Assembly (NCBI RefSeq): GCF_021869535.1
Contig: NW_026262637.1
Coordinates: forward strand, 31,186,001-31,250,000
Origin: Mytilus californianus
Lineage: Eukaryota
Length of the DNA: 64,000 nucleotides
Direction: 5' to 3'
Made by a program: the position numbers and the translations under genes
Part shown: piece after piece, positions 37,297-50,800 of the stretch
How the letters are laid out: the number at the start of each line of letters is the position of its first letter
How positions within the stretch are numbered: position 1 is the first letter of the stretch
Notes under the pieces: generated by a model
Told to the model about the DNA's origin: nothing
What the model saw: the letters and a program-made list of their open reading frames with translations, nothing else
The model's database searches: none

Positions 37297-40200
37297 ATGG
37301 ATACTAACCCAACATCTGGAAAACCATGTATTGGAGCCGAAAAATCAACTTTGAGTCCAGTCGATATAGCCATGCATGAACTCAAAGAACATCTGTTAGT
37401 AGATGAGGAGTTTTGTCAAGAATGGAAGAAAAACAGTCCATTTTATAAAGACGGTGATGACGTAATTGGCAGTATCAATGCAATGCGGGCACGTACAACA
37501 GAAGAAGATGTTCTCCAAGCTCTTATACTTACAACGGAATCACTTAACCTTCATATTGATTCTGGAACAACCAATGTAGCAGACAAGTTAAAAAAATACA
37601 AACAAACACTTCAAGTTTGTATGGATGAATTGAAATGTGATAAAGAATATGAAATAAGACATTTTTTTGGCAGAGTGAAGGATATTGAGTCAGTAATGAA
37701 AGTATTTTCCAAAGATCTGAGAGACTGTAGTAACACCAATTATATAGGTAAGACAAGTAAAACGATTATTCACCAAACTTAAAGACACACAGATTCTGTC
37801 TCTTATGCATTGTCTTATAATACTACTGCAACACACACATCTTGTACAATGGTTTAGTCGAGCACTTTACAAAACCAGAATCGTAATTGATATTACGTGT
37901 AGTGTTGTTGGTAAAACAAAGTTAGCCTCAAAAACAATTTGTGCAATGTTTTAAAGTTTTAATGATTTTGCCTCATTGAGCGCTTCTAATTGACCACAAT
38001 TATGAATTGTTATTTTCATTTTGTAGCACTTGGTCTATACTGCCTCTGGTTGACTGTTAGTCCAGAGACTACCATCAGCTATGTAGGAAGTGCTTTGGTA
38101 CTGAGTTGATTTCTAACATACCTTTCTTAGATTCTCCGTTGATGAATTGAGAAATCATAAAAAAAATATGTTCCAACTCCCTCCGGAAAGGTTAACACAC
38201 ATTTGAAAACTCTGATTTTTATTTATTTTCGTTTTGATTAAGTACAAGGGTTGATGGGGTAAAGAAATATAGGCATTCCTTGGATCCCGTCTGGCATTAA
38301 AACCCAAGCAAAAGTGGGGCATCCGATTGGTTGTGCGGGGTGTATAAATACGCAGCCACGTCCGGTCGGAATGGGGACGTTACATCCGATGCATCATGTT
38401 GAGATAGGTTTACGCTCTATTTGAAAAGACTTGCACCAACTCTTTGAGAGGTTTGTATTTGGCCTGTTGCAAATTAAATTTCTGTACCCTATCTTTAAGA
38501 CCCTCATTTTCGAATGGCAGTCGAAATTCTAGCCTTTCATTCCGGTCGAACCACTTTAAAGAATCTAAATTTTGCAAAAATTGTTTAAAATGTGTTCCGC
38601 CATGGAGAAGCATGCAATATTTGTTAATGTACTTTAAGAAACAATAGTCAATCAATCGTTATTACTAGTTTCTGGCAACCTTGTAATCAGTAGCGCCCTA
38701 ATGGAGAATATGTCAAAAAAGAGCTACAATGTGTGTCATTAGATTTCCAACTTTTGGCTTAGAATATGTTTAGAAAGCTGTTTCTTCGCTCATATTTAAT
38801 TACAGGTGTTTGTTTGTGTGGAATGGGAGGTAATGGCAAAACAACACTAGCTGAACACATTGGGCGTAAACTTCAGAAACGAAAATGGTCATTTAAAAAG
38901 ATTGACTTCAGGTACATATACTATCATCGAACATTTCCATACTACCTTACTAATGAATTTTGTAATAAAATATATTCCCTAACATACATTTAAAATTTTA
39001 CCCAAAAATATCAAGAAAAATATATGATGACACTCACAACTGAGATGTATCCTAAATCGTCGGTAAATTTAACCATAGTTTATTGGGTTATGTATACTTC
39101 AGGTAAAAGTAATAATTACATTATCAATCTTTTTAATACGATAGTATATTTTTCTTCAATCAAGATGCTATTTTTTAATATATTTCATTGGGATAATCAT
39201 ATATAAATTATCAAGAATGTAAGTCATCGTTTTGTCAGTTTCATTTTGGTTATTTAACCAAAAATCAAAACGTGTACTGTTGAATTGCCTTTATGGATTG
39301 GAATCTATCTACAAAATGTACATAAACAATACCTTCAATACCCTGAAAGAGTAGAATATTCGTATCATATGACAGTAAGGGTTGTACTTTTGGGGTTTGT
39401 TTATTTATCATGTTACTGTTTAAGTCAGTTTCGAATGGTTGGCAACTTTCCTTTTATGAAGTTTTAAGTAGATTGTGTTTTCTCGTTTCAGGGAACTTAC
39501 TTCATTGTTGCAGTTCATAAGACAAATCCTAATAGAGTTTGGTCATACATGCTTTGATGAAAATGTAGACAGGATTAAATCAAAATTATTTTCAGTTCTT
39601 GAAGATCAGAGTGAAATCAAGCAAGGTACATTACGTCGTCACGTGTGTAACATATTCTGTATAATTCTGTATTTTTTTTTTTATTATAATGTAAATCAAA
39701 TAAGTGATAACATTATCACATTTCGCTTTGAAAGTGGTATCTCCAAAAGAAATAAAACTCTTCAGTGTATTGTGAATGATTTTGCACATTAACTATATTT
39801 TAAAAGTTCAAACTGATCTTATCAATGTTGCAGAAGTCTCTAGTTCAATAAAAGATTTGCTGTGAAACTATATTTTTGATAAATTGATTTATTTTTAGAC
39901 ACATTATTACTACTGGATAATATTGATGACATTCACAGAGACTGGGATGAATTACTCAAATTTCTGGAGCAACTTATGATACTTCTGAATAATAACACAG
40001 AAAACAAGGTAATTCGTTGCGTTTTCTTGTACATAATCATTTACATCCATGATGGATAAAAAAAATAGATTAATTGTGGAAGGGATTTTTTTTTTCTTAA
40101 ATAATCTTAGCAATCGTTTACTTAAATGCAAGTGTTTTCATCGGATGAAACGGAGACTATTTAATTTTTGCAACAATTTAAAAGAGGAAGGTAAAATCCT

Positions 40201-43200
40201 TAGTATCACTTACATCAAAATTAAGTTTAAATAATATTCTTGCACATCTTTAATTTACAAATCGATTGAAATTAGCTGACCTAAAAGAATTTACAAACAG
40301 ACAGACAGATAAACACATTCAACAGATGAAAATATTTAACTGTGTACGGATGAAATTTTCAAACATTTACGATTAACGATGATAAGATACAAATGAACAG
40401 CAATTTAAATTTTTTCATGAAAGTATTTACATCTCTATTTATTCATACTCACAGATTAAACTTCTTATAACATCAAGAAAAAAACTAATGTCAGAGAAAG
40501 AAATCGGGGTATATGAAACTATAACAAATTTCTTCAAAAGTTCACCAACAGAACTGGATCGATTTGATGGGTTATGCCTAGAGAGAGAATTAGAAACACT
40601 TGGTTACGACGACTGTTCGAAACTTGTTAGCTCATTATTACCAAGAGAAATACAAGTATGTTAAAGCAGGAAATAGAAATAGTTTTAATAGAATGGGACA
40701 GGTTAAAGTTGTTTTCAAGTTGTTGCCCTTAAATAAAGATTGTGACCATTTTTTGTGTTTTTGCCTATTATTTTGAAAATTCTTATAAATAGAGAATAGA
40801 CAGAGATAGATTAAATAACAAAACTGATCAGCAGGGCGTGGACTACAAATTTGTTAAAAAGGCCAAAATATTTAGTCGACTCCATATTGGAATTATTGCC
40901 ATTGCATGATGATTTTTACCCCTTTTAACATTTTTCGTGGAACTATAGAAGAAAAAGAAAACTGTAAACAGTAAAACAAAATCTACAAATAGGTCTATAT
41001 ATCCGAAAATGTGAGTCGACTGCTTATAAGAGTTATTGCACTAAAATTACTATTTTACCCAATTTTGCAAAACTATAGAAAATGAAGAATAACTGTCATT
41101 ACATTTCTTGTAGGAGTTAATGCTCTTGAAAGACTTTTTCAACCCCTTTTTGTGATCTAGATTCTCATTAGTAAAAATGTTCATTTGTAAATGCAAAGAA
41201 CAGTGCTTAAATCAAATTAAAGAACAATTTTTTATGAAGTATTTTGTAATGTTTATTTATATACAATGTTTTCAGAAACAGATAACTTCTAATCACCTTC
41301 AAAAACTTATGTCATCATGTGGCTTCAATCCTCTTCTTATTCATACCATTTGTGACACACTGAGAAACAATGAGGGCAGTTTACCGGATATGCTTGGAAA
41401 TATGCGATCTTGTGTGATGCCATTAACCGACCGTTTGAAGTCCAACTCGTGTATTGAACAAACCTTTCTGCAAATGAAACAAGAGCACCAAATAATTCTA
41501 GTTCAATTGCATGTTTTCAAAACTTGTCGATTCAACATGAAAGCTGTTATGACAATAACTGGTGCATTAGACACACTATCCCTTCAGATTAAAATCATGA
41601 ACTTAAAAGCTCATCATCTGATAGAAATCCACACAGTAGGTTCAACTAACTCATCTGAGGAAACAAGTTTTTCATTGCATCCAATGGTTTCTAATTTTTT
41701 GAAAGAAGCTTCAAAGAAGGCTGAAATGACTTCAATTTTTAAAGAAGCTGTTCGTGAATTCATGAAATGGATGCAAGATAAAATTGAACAATACGAAAAC
41801 ACGCTAGAAATAGACTACAAGAAAGCTCAATACATATTCGTACAAAACGAAGCCCATTTTTTAAATTTCTGTAAATATCTGAAAAAAGACCCTTCTAATG
41901 GATCAAGAACTATCAAACAAAATAAACAGATTTCCGAAGTAGCAGATCTAATTCTAAATGATAAAAAGAAGGCCGAGTTAATCGAATATCTTCGGAAAAG
42001 ATCAGAAAAGGATACAGACAAATTGAGTGCATGTTTTTGGTGGTTAGAGAACGCAGAATTGGATTTGGATATGGACAATAAGGAAGTAATTAATTCGGTA
42101 AATGATCAGGCCAAGATTTTAAAAAGTATTTCTTCTGAACATACTGCAGGGGAGCTAATATCAGTTATCGCCATTTTAATGTTTCTAAAAGGTAGAATTT
42201 ATTACCGATTTGATGAGTTTGATTATGGATATAAAGCCGTTTATACAGCCATCTATATACTAACTGACGCTGAGATTGAAGGTATAAAATGGGTAGTAAA
42301 ATCCTTTAAAACATTGCGCTCAAAAGTATTCAACCTATTGGGATGCCTTTTACTAAGAGAGAAACGAATCATGGAAGCATTCCACTGTTTCATCAAAGCG
42401 TTTGCATTAATGACTAAAAAGACCTGCAAGGCCAGAAGTCAGAACATGGCATTATTCATTTCCAATATTGGTGCATGCTTCTTTCAATGTGGTCGTAAAA
42501 TGTTAAATGATAAACTAGAATTTGCACAGCAACAATTTTTAGAAGCGATGAAATTTTCCCAAAAAGCCATTAGACTTAGACAAACAATGGGACATGAAAA
42601 ATTTAGCACATATGCATTTGAACTACAGAAACGAGGTAAAGTTTACTTGGAGTTCAAAGATTTCAACAGTGCATTGGCAGATTTTAAAACAGCACTAGGA
42701 ATACACATGGACATAGAAACAATGCCTCATTCAAACATAACCCTTGCTTTACATCTAATTGGTAAAACATGCCTTCTACAAGGTCAATATCAAATAAACA
42801 ATGGTCTCCAAGGTATGTTGTACATAATTTCTATAATGAAACGTATTGAAATGATAATGCACAAAGAGACCGAACAAATATTAAATCTCAAATCTTATGT
42901 GTTTTTGGGTCGAAGCCGCATAGGTATAACCTCACATCTTTGTTTTTTCGTAAATATATAAATGACATTTATAATTCATCCATTATGTCTTCGGCAGCCA
43001 TGAAAATACAAAAATCAATCAGTTCACTCAGCAAATATTATGAAGAACTAAGATTTATTAAAATCGAAATTCTTAAGTCTATGAAAATATATATTAGATA
43101 TCATATTTTGATTTTACCTTAATTTTATATTTTGGAAAAATATACGTTATCGTCACAAAAACACACACTTGTAAATAATTAAAATTTTTGAAATGTATAT

Positions 43201-46200
43201 ATCATATTTAGTATAACCATCCAATTACCTCATATAAGGCTGTGATATGTACCTCTGTAAATGTAGACAAAATTGAAGAAAAAAACTGGAAATATTTTAA
43301 TATTAGTCTTTCTAGTAACGGTTAATCCTTCCTAGTGGCGAACTATACTAATTCCACCATAAAATATAGCTTCTTGTAACTGAGCCTTATAATCAATGAT
43401 ATAATATAATTTTAATTGAAACAAAACATTATTTCTTAACTCCCTGACTTTATTTTGTTTTAATAGGTGTTGGAAAAGAACATTTAGAGTTTTCCCGGGT
43501 ATTGTACGATAGTATAGCAGATCTTATTTACGACTGTGGACTTACTGGATATACCGAGGAATACGAAGCGATAAAGTCTAACCATATCTGGCTTCTCAAT
43601 GATCTTAATGTACCTGCTGAATCAGTCAATAAATTCAAAGGTCTATACAAGGTAACGTCAATTCAAAGTTGTATACAAGGTAACGTCAATTCAAAGGTTT
43701 ATACAATGTAACGTCAATTTAAAGGTTTATACAAGGTAATGTCAATTCCAAGGTGTATACAAGGTAACGTCAATTCAAAGGTGTATACAAGGTAACGTCA
43801 ATTCAAATGTTTATACAAGGTAATGTAAATGTAAATAAAACCAGGTTCAATCCACCATTTTCTACATAAGAAAATGCCTGTACCAAGTCAGGAATATGAC
43901 AGTTGTTGTCCATTCGTTTGATGTGTTTGTGCTTTTGTTTTTGCCATTTGATTAGGGACTTGTTTTGAATTTTCCTCGGAGTTCAGTATTTTTGTGATTT
44001 AACTTTTTTCATATACATGGTAACGGTTATCATAATACTAGGTAAACGTATGTGTCGATAAATAACAGCCAGGGGTGCATTCAAAACTTATATTTTATTT
44101 CCGTATAAAATGCAGCATCTATGACTACGTGCGCTCTCCGTGGCGATATTAAAACAAACCATAGAAAAGCTAGCGAAAGACTTGAATCAACACGTAATTT
44201 CATTTTTGTAGCATAAAAATGTAATTAAAAGAATTGAATGGGTTTTATTTTGTAATGTTTTAAGGAGTGTAAAAGCGTTGAACGTGCGCACATTTTTAGT
44301 ATGAAGCGCTTCAAACAAAATTTGCTTCGGTCAACGCTTAAACATATAATAAACCAATCAAACATTTAAAGGGTTTTTCATCTAGCAGTTTAAAAAAAAT
44401 TACCAATCTGACACAAGATACTTGTAATAGCACTAGAAAATCACGTAATTACTTATGAACCAATTACACAAAACCTTTACTACATTCTTTCATAGATACA
44501 AAAATCTGGTTTTATAAGTTTGGCTGTACCTATAATATAAACGTAGTGATTCTTTGAAAACAAAATATATTTTTAAAGGTAATCAATTTAACACCAATAT
44601 CTTTGAATACTGTCTTTATCGGTACTAACATTGGTTTTGTTTTATTCAAATCAAACCATAACTAAATATGTATTATTATACATTATTAAACACTTATGGT
44701 CATATACATCCTCATGCTTTTCTCAGACTTGTTTATAACGCCATTTCACTAAATCCGTTGATGATTGATATTTTAGTCTGGGGAAAATGGTTTGTTTATA
44801 GATGAAATTGGCTTTGAACTAGCTTTCAGTAAATAAACTCATCATATATATCAGGATTAAAATTTTGTGCGCCTAACCCTATCCCTAACCCTAACCAGTA
44901 ACTGCGATTTCTCTTAGATCGGTACTTTGTTGGTTTTTGTTTTGGTATATTTGTTAAATTGTGTGTGGTGTTTCTTGGCGACGATGGGTATCCTTTCCAG
45001 CTGATTTTTACAGTTTGTTCTTATGCTGTGCTGTTACACCATTATCCAAGGTTAAGGGAGGGTTGAGCGCTTAAAACATGTTTAACTTCGTCACATCATT
45101 TATGTTCCTGTCCCAAGCGAGTACGTTAATCAGTTGTTGTCGTTTTATTCTCTTTGGCTTTCTCTTTTATAACAGTGTGTAATCATCGGATGTCCATGGA
45201 ATATTGTATAGACAAAGAAGAAATATCATAATAATTGTTGTTGCATGATATCATTTAACACGCAATTTTCAAACATGTTCAAAGTTATTTATAACTGAGT
45301 ACTTAATTTACTTTCAGGAGTGTGAGTCAGGTAAAAGGGAATCGGCATGGAAGAAAAACTCAAGACGAGAAGTGAAATTTCAAAAACGATATAAAAACGT
45401 GCTTGAACTATTGGGCGAAGATAAATTACTGCAGGTTTTAGACGATCAAACCAAAACAGCTGTTAAACAATGGGTGACTAATGCAAAGGAAAGCGAACCT
45501 TTGACTGACGAAGAATTTGATGACGTTCTTCCAATCGTATTAAATAACATCAGTGATGAAACAATAAATGACGAAAACGATGAGACGTTCTTCCAAGAGT
45601 TGATCTCCATTGCACACAAGCAATATCACAAAGACTGTATACATGGTGTCATATCGAGCTTAAAAGAGATGTATCATTCTTCAGATGATATGGAATTGGT
45701 TACTTATTGCATAAACCATTGTAAACAAGAAAAACAAACAGGTGCGGTACCAGGAATCCTTTAAAAATTATGATACACATTTGTAGATCATTTGATAAAA
45801 ACGTTAATTTTTAGTAACACGTGACCTCCGTCTTTCTTGGAATGTTGTCTCCCTGTTAGAACAAATGGTGTAAAATTACCAGAAAATTTATTTAGGGCCA
45901 TAGTCCGAAGAATTATTACTAGTCACAAACATGGTTACCTTGGCTAAGAACAGGCTTATTCTTATTGACTGAAACACGGAATTAATTCATACAAAATAGT
46001 ATAACAGAAATGTACCTTGTAAGGTGATTACTTTTGGTCGGGTTTTTATTTTTTCTAAAACAGGTTCGAGCGTTCCAGAAGATTTCAATATATACATACG
46101 AATTTTAGAAATTGTAATTAAAGATTTGTTCAGAATATAGTATTTTTTTTAAAGCTTTCATTTGATTGATTCTTTATGGTATGAAAGTAAGTGGCTGGAT

Positions 46201-46297
46201 ACATTGATGTCATGTTTTCTATTTTTCAGAAAATACTAAAAAAGACGGAAAAGAGACGAAAAGAAAACGACGTTGTAGTTCAGATACTTCTTTCTAA
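37297..46297 (+). CDS. STAND-class (NB-ARC-like) NTPase with TPR repeats, 1071 aa, 9 coding exons
   Basis: Exons 37297-37747, 38806-38911, 39492-39625, 39899-40008, 40455-40655, 41276-42812, 43467-43651, 45318-45741 and 46230-46297 are all GT-AG, in phase, and total 3216 nt. Motifs: FFGRVKDI, P-loop GMGGNGKT, Walker B LLLLDNIDD, LITSR, CGFNPLLI (GxP-like), and TPR-like helices in exon 6. Confidence 0.85.
38282..38400 (+). mobile_element. SINE-like fragment
   Basis: CCGGTCGGAATGGGGACGTTACATC (38362-38386) matches 56723-56747 in the opposite orientation. Confidence 0.45.
43632..43827 (+). repeat. 28-bp tandem repeat (7 units) spanning an exon/intron junction
   Basis: AATTCAAAGGTTTATACAAGGTAACGTC starts at 43632, 43660, 43688, 43716, 43744, 43772 and 43800. 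Confidence 0.95.
43838..44000 (+). repeat. Interspersed repeat (AACCAGGTTCAATCCACCATTTTCTACATAAGAAAATGCC family)
   Basis: Near-identical copy at 63428-63610 and a diverged copy at ~50075-50240. Confidence 0.8.
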
Positions 46298-47828
46298 TAT
46301 TGATAGTAACGAATTCGGACAAGAATCTGGAATTCACTGTATGATAATGAATACAGGTTGATTCAAACTTAAACAACTAGAAAACGATGTTGACTTTTAT
46401 ACATCTAGATACGTTTAAAATGATAAAATTATCTAAGTGAATAAATCTATGTACACAAATGTATAGAAGTGTCTTGAAAGTAGAATTTATAGTTCTTTGA
46501 AAGCAATGTTTGCCATAGTCACTTTCCCAAATCACAATACTTGTGACATACTTATGTGGCAGATGATTCATTTGGTGTACAACGACAATACTTGGTTTTT
46601 GGGACGTTTGACTGCTGTCGTGTGAAGTATAACCAAATTTTCTTTTATTTATGTATATATTTTATTGTGCTTAGCATTTGATTTAGAAAAATGAATCTTT
46701 TGTCAACTTTTAATTTAACAAATATTTACTTAGCATTTGATTGAGAAAATTGAGAAAATGAATCTTTTATCAACTCTTAATTGGACAAATATTCTTCCAG
46801 ATAGAAACTAGCTGACGTTTTTTGAGAGGGATGTAGTGGTATCTTAGTGGTATATTTTTGTTACTTGGTTGTCTTTTCAATTTTGTTTTTATACAGCACT
46901 AGTCAATTTGCATTGTTTATTATTATTTATACAATTAAACGTATGATTTACTACCTTGCCTGCTTATTGAAGTTAATAGTTATTGCCATATTGAAGAATG
47001 AAATGGTGCAGTAGCATTGTAAAAAATAAAATCTAATATGTTAATTAAGACATTCAAACAAAATTAATCGTCTTAACGATGATAGACAATACAAACTGTA
47101 TTCATTGTATGAAACATACCGACATTCGTTGTATATATTTGAAAGTTAGTTAGCCTCTTCAGAGGAGCTTGTGTTCCCTTAACTAGTGGATCATCGGGCA
47201 GACACAATTACTCTCCACAAATTGCTCAGTTATAAACAGCCTAAACTTTTGTCACCTTTTGTGCAATAATTTTAAGTTTTTTTGTCATAAATATTAAAAA
47301 ATTTTCGACATTGCTTAGCTTAATTTTAAAGAAGTAGGAAAAAACTAACTAACTAACTAACTAATTTTATTTAGTATAAAACCAATGCAGTACAAAAGGA
47401 GCATCGCTGAAATAGATATAAACATTGACATAACAAACATGCACTGTATACCAATCAGAAGATAATCAGTGTGTTTCCGGAAGTATAATTGTTATGTACA
47501 TTTGATGCAAATTTAATTTAAATTATCTTTCAACAATAAAGAACTGGAACCGTCGAATGCATGAACACAACATAGTGCCAAAAATCCTCCCCTTTTTCTG
47601 GTAAATGAATATAAGTACATCAATCAATATAACCACAATTAGTATATAATAATTATAGCTTCTTACCTTGAACGTATTGTTTACCAATTCAAAGACGTTT
47701 TTAGTTAAATACATGTATCTCTTTTTATTTTTTACATATGTGCATTGTTATAGGTATTTCTACTTCAGCTGTTACATCCAAAACTTCGTATGCAAATAAA
47801 CTATTTGCACTTCAATAAGATTTTACTA

Positions 47829-50800
47829 TCAAAGTTTCGTTTGAAGAGTCTCTCGATTTGAAGAAGCTTCCGTATAAGGTGGCGGAACATCATATGTACT
47901 CTCTGAAAACGTTGTGACAGTCTCTTTACTTGACATTTCTACATTCAATTCTTGTGCCGGATGAAAGATTTTACTAGGCTTCTTCTCTGGTAAGTTAACA
48001 ATGCACCTAAATACATCATATTGCTTACGTAAAATGCCTCTTTTGAAAAGAAAATTTGCTGAATAAGATACTGTAAATATAGATACAAATGTAAGGAGCA
48101 TTGAAAATGTTTTGTATGGGAAAAGTTGCGTGTTGGAGTCTTCAAGATACCATGGATATCTGATCAAAGGTTTGAAGTTTAAAAGATTATCGCCCCCTGC
48201 TAGCCGAAAGAAGAGTCCAATAATAAATCCGGCTAGAGATCCGTATGTGTTTGTACCAGTGAAATACACAACACATGTAAGTTGTGGATATAACATGACA
48301 TACACAAAATCTGAGCACAAGAACCACAATTCATATATTGAACCAACAGTTATTGCTATCACTGTAGCGACGACACCAACTCCAAAAATTGCAATTCTTA
48401 ACACCCATGTCAGTTCACGTTCGGAAGCCTGAAAAGATAAGTACGAAAATTAATATTAAGTAAGTGACGCTAAATGTAAATGCTACCCTGGTTAACAGCT
48501 TTAAGTAAACCTCAAATAAAAGACGTTAACAAAAGTCACTTTTAATCATTTTATATATCCATGGGGCCAAGCTGACATTAGATAGATTTTACTATTATTT
48601 CTAGGTCCTTTTTAGTTTTTCAACTGTTTCGGTTCTTATATACACCTCCTGGCTTTCAAATATTTGGCTTTGAGTGTTGATGAAGGTAAATTCGGAAAAG
48701 CACTTCGTATGAATAAAATTTATGAAGCGTTGTTTTCATGTTTTTAAAAGTATGTAAAGAATTGTGTAACTGTTATCATTTGTACAAAGTGTCATCAAAC
48801 ATCATTTATGATTCAATTTATCTTACCTCCTGTACATTTCTAGCAATATCATTGGTTTAAAGCAACCTCGTGGATACCCAGTATATTTAATATGGTGTTA
48901 GTGGGCTTGGTTTATTTTAATACACCTTTAGTAGTGGTGTTACGTCCCTTTAGAAAAACAACACAGCGTTGAGGAAAAATATGAAACATTTCGCCCGGAC
49001 AACAGATGGAGAAATTGACGATGAACGATTGAAATAAGTGCAGATAACACATTAAAAGCTAACAAGCTGTTATTGTTAGCATTTGTTTTTGTATAGACCA
49101 ATGGAAAAGTTTCCGCACAAAATATTTAAAAGCATTGATATTTATTAAACTTGCATGTTGTCTGAATATTGCTCCATAAATGTTTCTTGAAAACATCCCA
49201 CTTGCAGACAAAACAGAAGAATCAGCAGACGACATAACTGCCGCGGCTACAGCTCCCAGACCAAAGAAGGACACAGCGCTCGGGCATAAATACTGTAAAA
49301 CCAATGGTAATACCATTCGTTCATCGCCTTGAGGTAGTGAGAATTCTGATGTATTATATCCAGTTTCACTCCAGTCTGTTGATAAAAAAATTTATCTATA
49401 ATCAAGCATTTCATTTTTTTTTACACTTGTCTTTATATTTTACTTAATTTGTACTTTATCGAGAAAGTATATTCATTTTACTATATACTGTATGTACTAT
49501 CAACTACAAAAACATTTTTGTTGGCGTCTTTGGCAAATTTACTACATTTGTATTTTAAACTACAAATATTTTTTTGTTGGCGTCTTTGTTAGATTTATTT
49601 GTATTTTTGTTTGATTATTTTTGTAACTAAAACTATATCTATAACTTAGTCAGTTGTGTTGTATCTCTGTGATGTATGTTTATACAGTTTTGCCTGTTAG
49701 ATCCCAATTATTGTCACATGCATTAACCTATTATACAGATATAAGAAGATGTGGTATGAGTGCCAATGAGACAACTCTCCATCCAAGTCACAATTTATAA
49801 AAGTAAACCATTATAGGTCAAAGTACGGTCTTCAACACGGAGCCTTGGCTCACACCGCACAGCAAGCTATAAAGGGCCCCAAAAATTACTACTAGTGTAA
49901 AACCATTCAAACGGGAAAACCAACGGTCTAATCTATATAAAAAACGAGAAACGAGAAACACTTATGAACCACATCAACATGTCCGTTTGGCTTGCTTACC
50001 AAATATTGTCAATATAACAGAACTATAAATAAGTATCATACAAGTTGGAGGTTAAGCTAGCTATAAGCTATGTAACCCACCATTTTCTTCGAAAAATGCC
50101 TGTTCCAAGTCAGGAACATGACAGTTGTTTTCCATTCCGATTTCGTTCCGTTGGTTGATAAAGTCCAACGTTCGATTTTGTCAATTTTCATGAACTTACC
50201 CTTTTTGAATTTACCCTGGAGTTCGGTATTTTTGTTGTACTTTTTTCAAATATCTTTCTAAAATATATTTTCAAGTACAGGAAATTTTTTTACACAATTT
50301 TAAAATTTATGTGATATGGAATTTACAGACAATAAATTCGACTTTTAAAGATTTGAAATACCATTTCGTCATGCGTTTAATCTTACTTGTTTGTGCAGCA
50401 ATAGCTCCTATCAGTAATGGCGGGATAGTAAGAAACAGACAACCGAAGCCAGCAAAGTACGATAAATTCTCTGCTATCCTCGTCGTCCGTGCTGATAAAA
50501 CTCTTTGAAAATATACCTTAATTATAAATATTTAAGAATAGCATTGCAATTGTAAAACATGACTTTTTGTGTTAAGCCGCCAATCATTATAACTGAGGAC
50601 ATTTATCACAAAAAGCTTGCAGAAGACGTTACTAAGTTGAAAAAAACTTGTGTCTGTTTCCTGTGTCATTTTGAACAATAAAGTATGTTGAAACTAAATA
50701 ACAAAAAAACTCGTCGTTTTATATAAAACAAATATCATGTTTTCTATCACTTTATCTTTATCATAAGCCATATGTATGCATCTATTATGGCAAGGATATA

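Noticed and set aside
44874-44897. CCCTAA telomere-like run
   Set aside because: Only about four imperfect units; too short to call an interstitial telomere.
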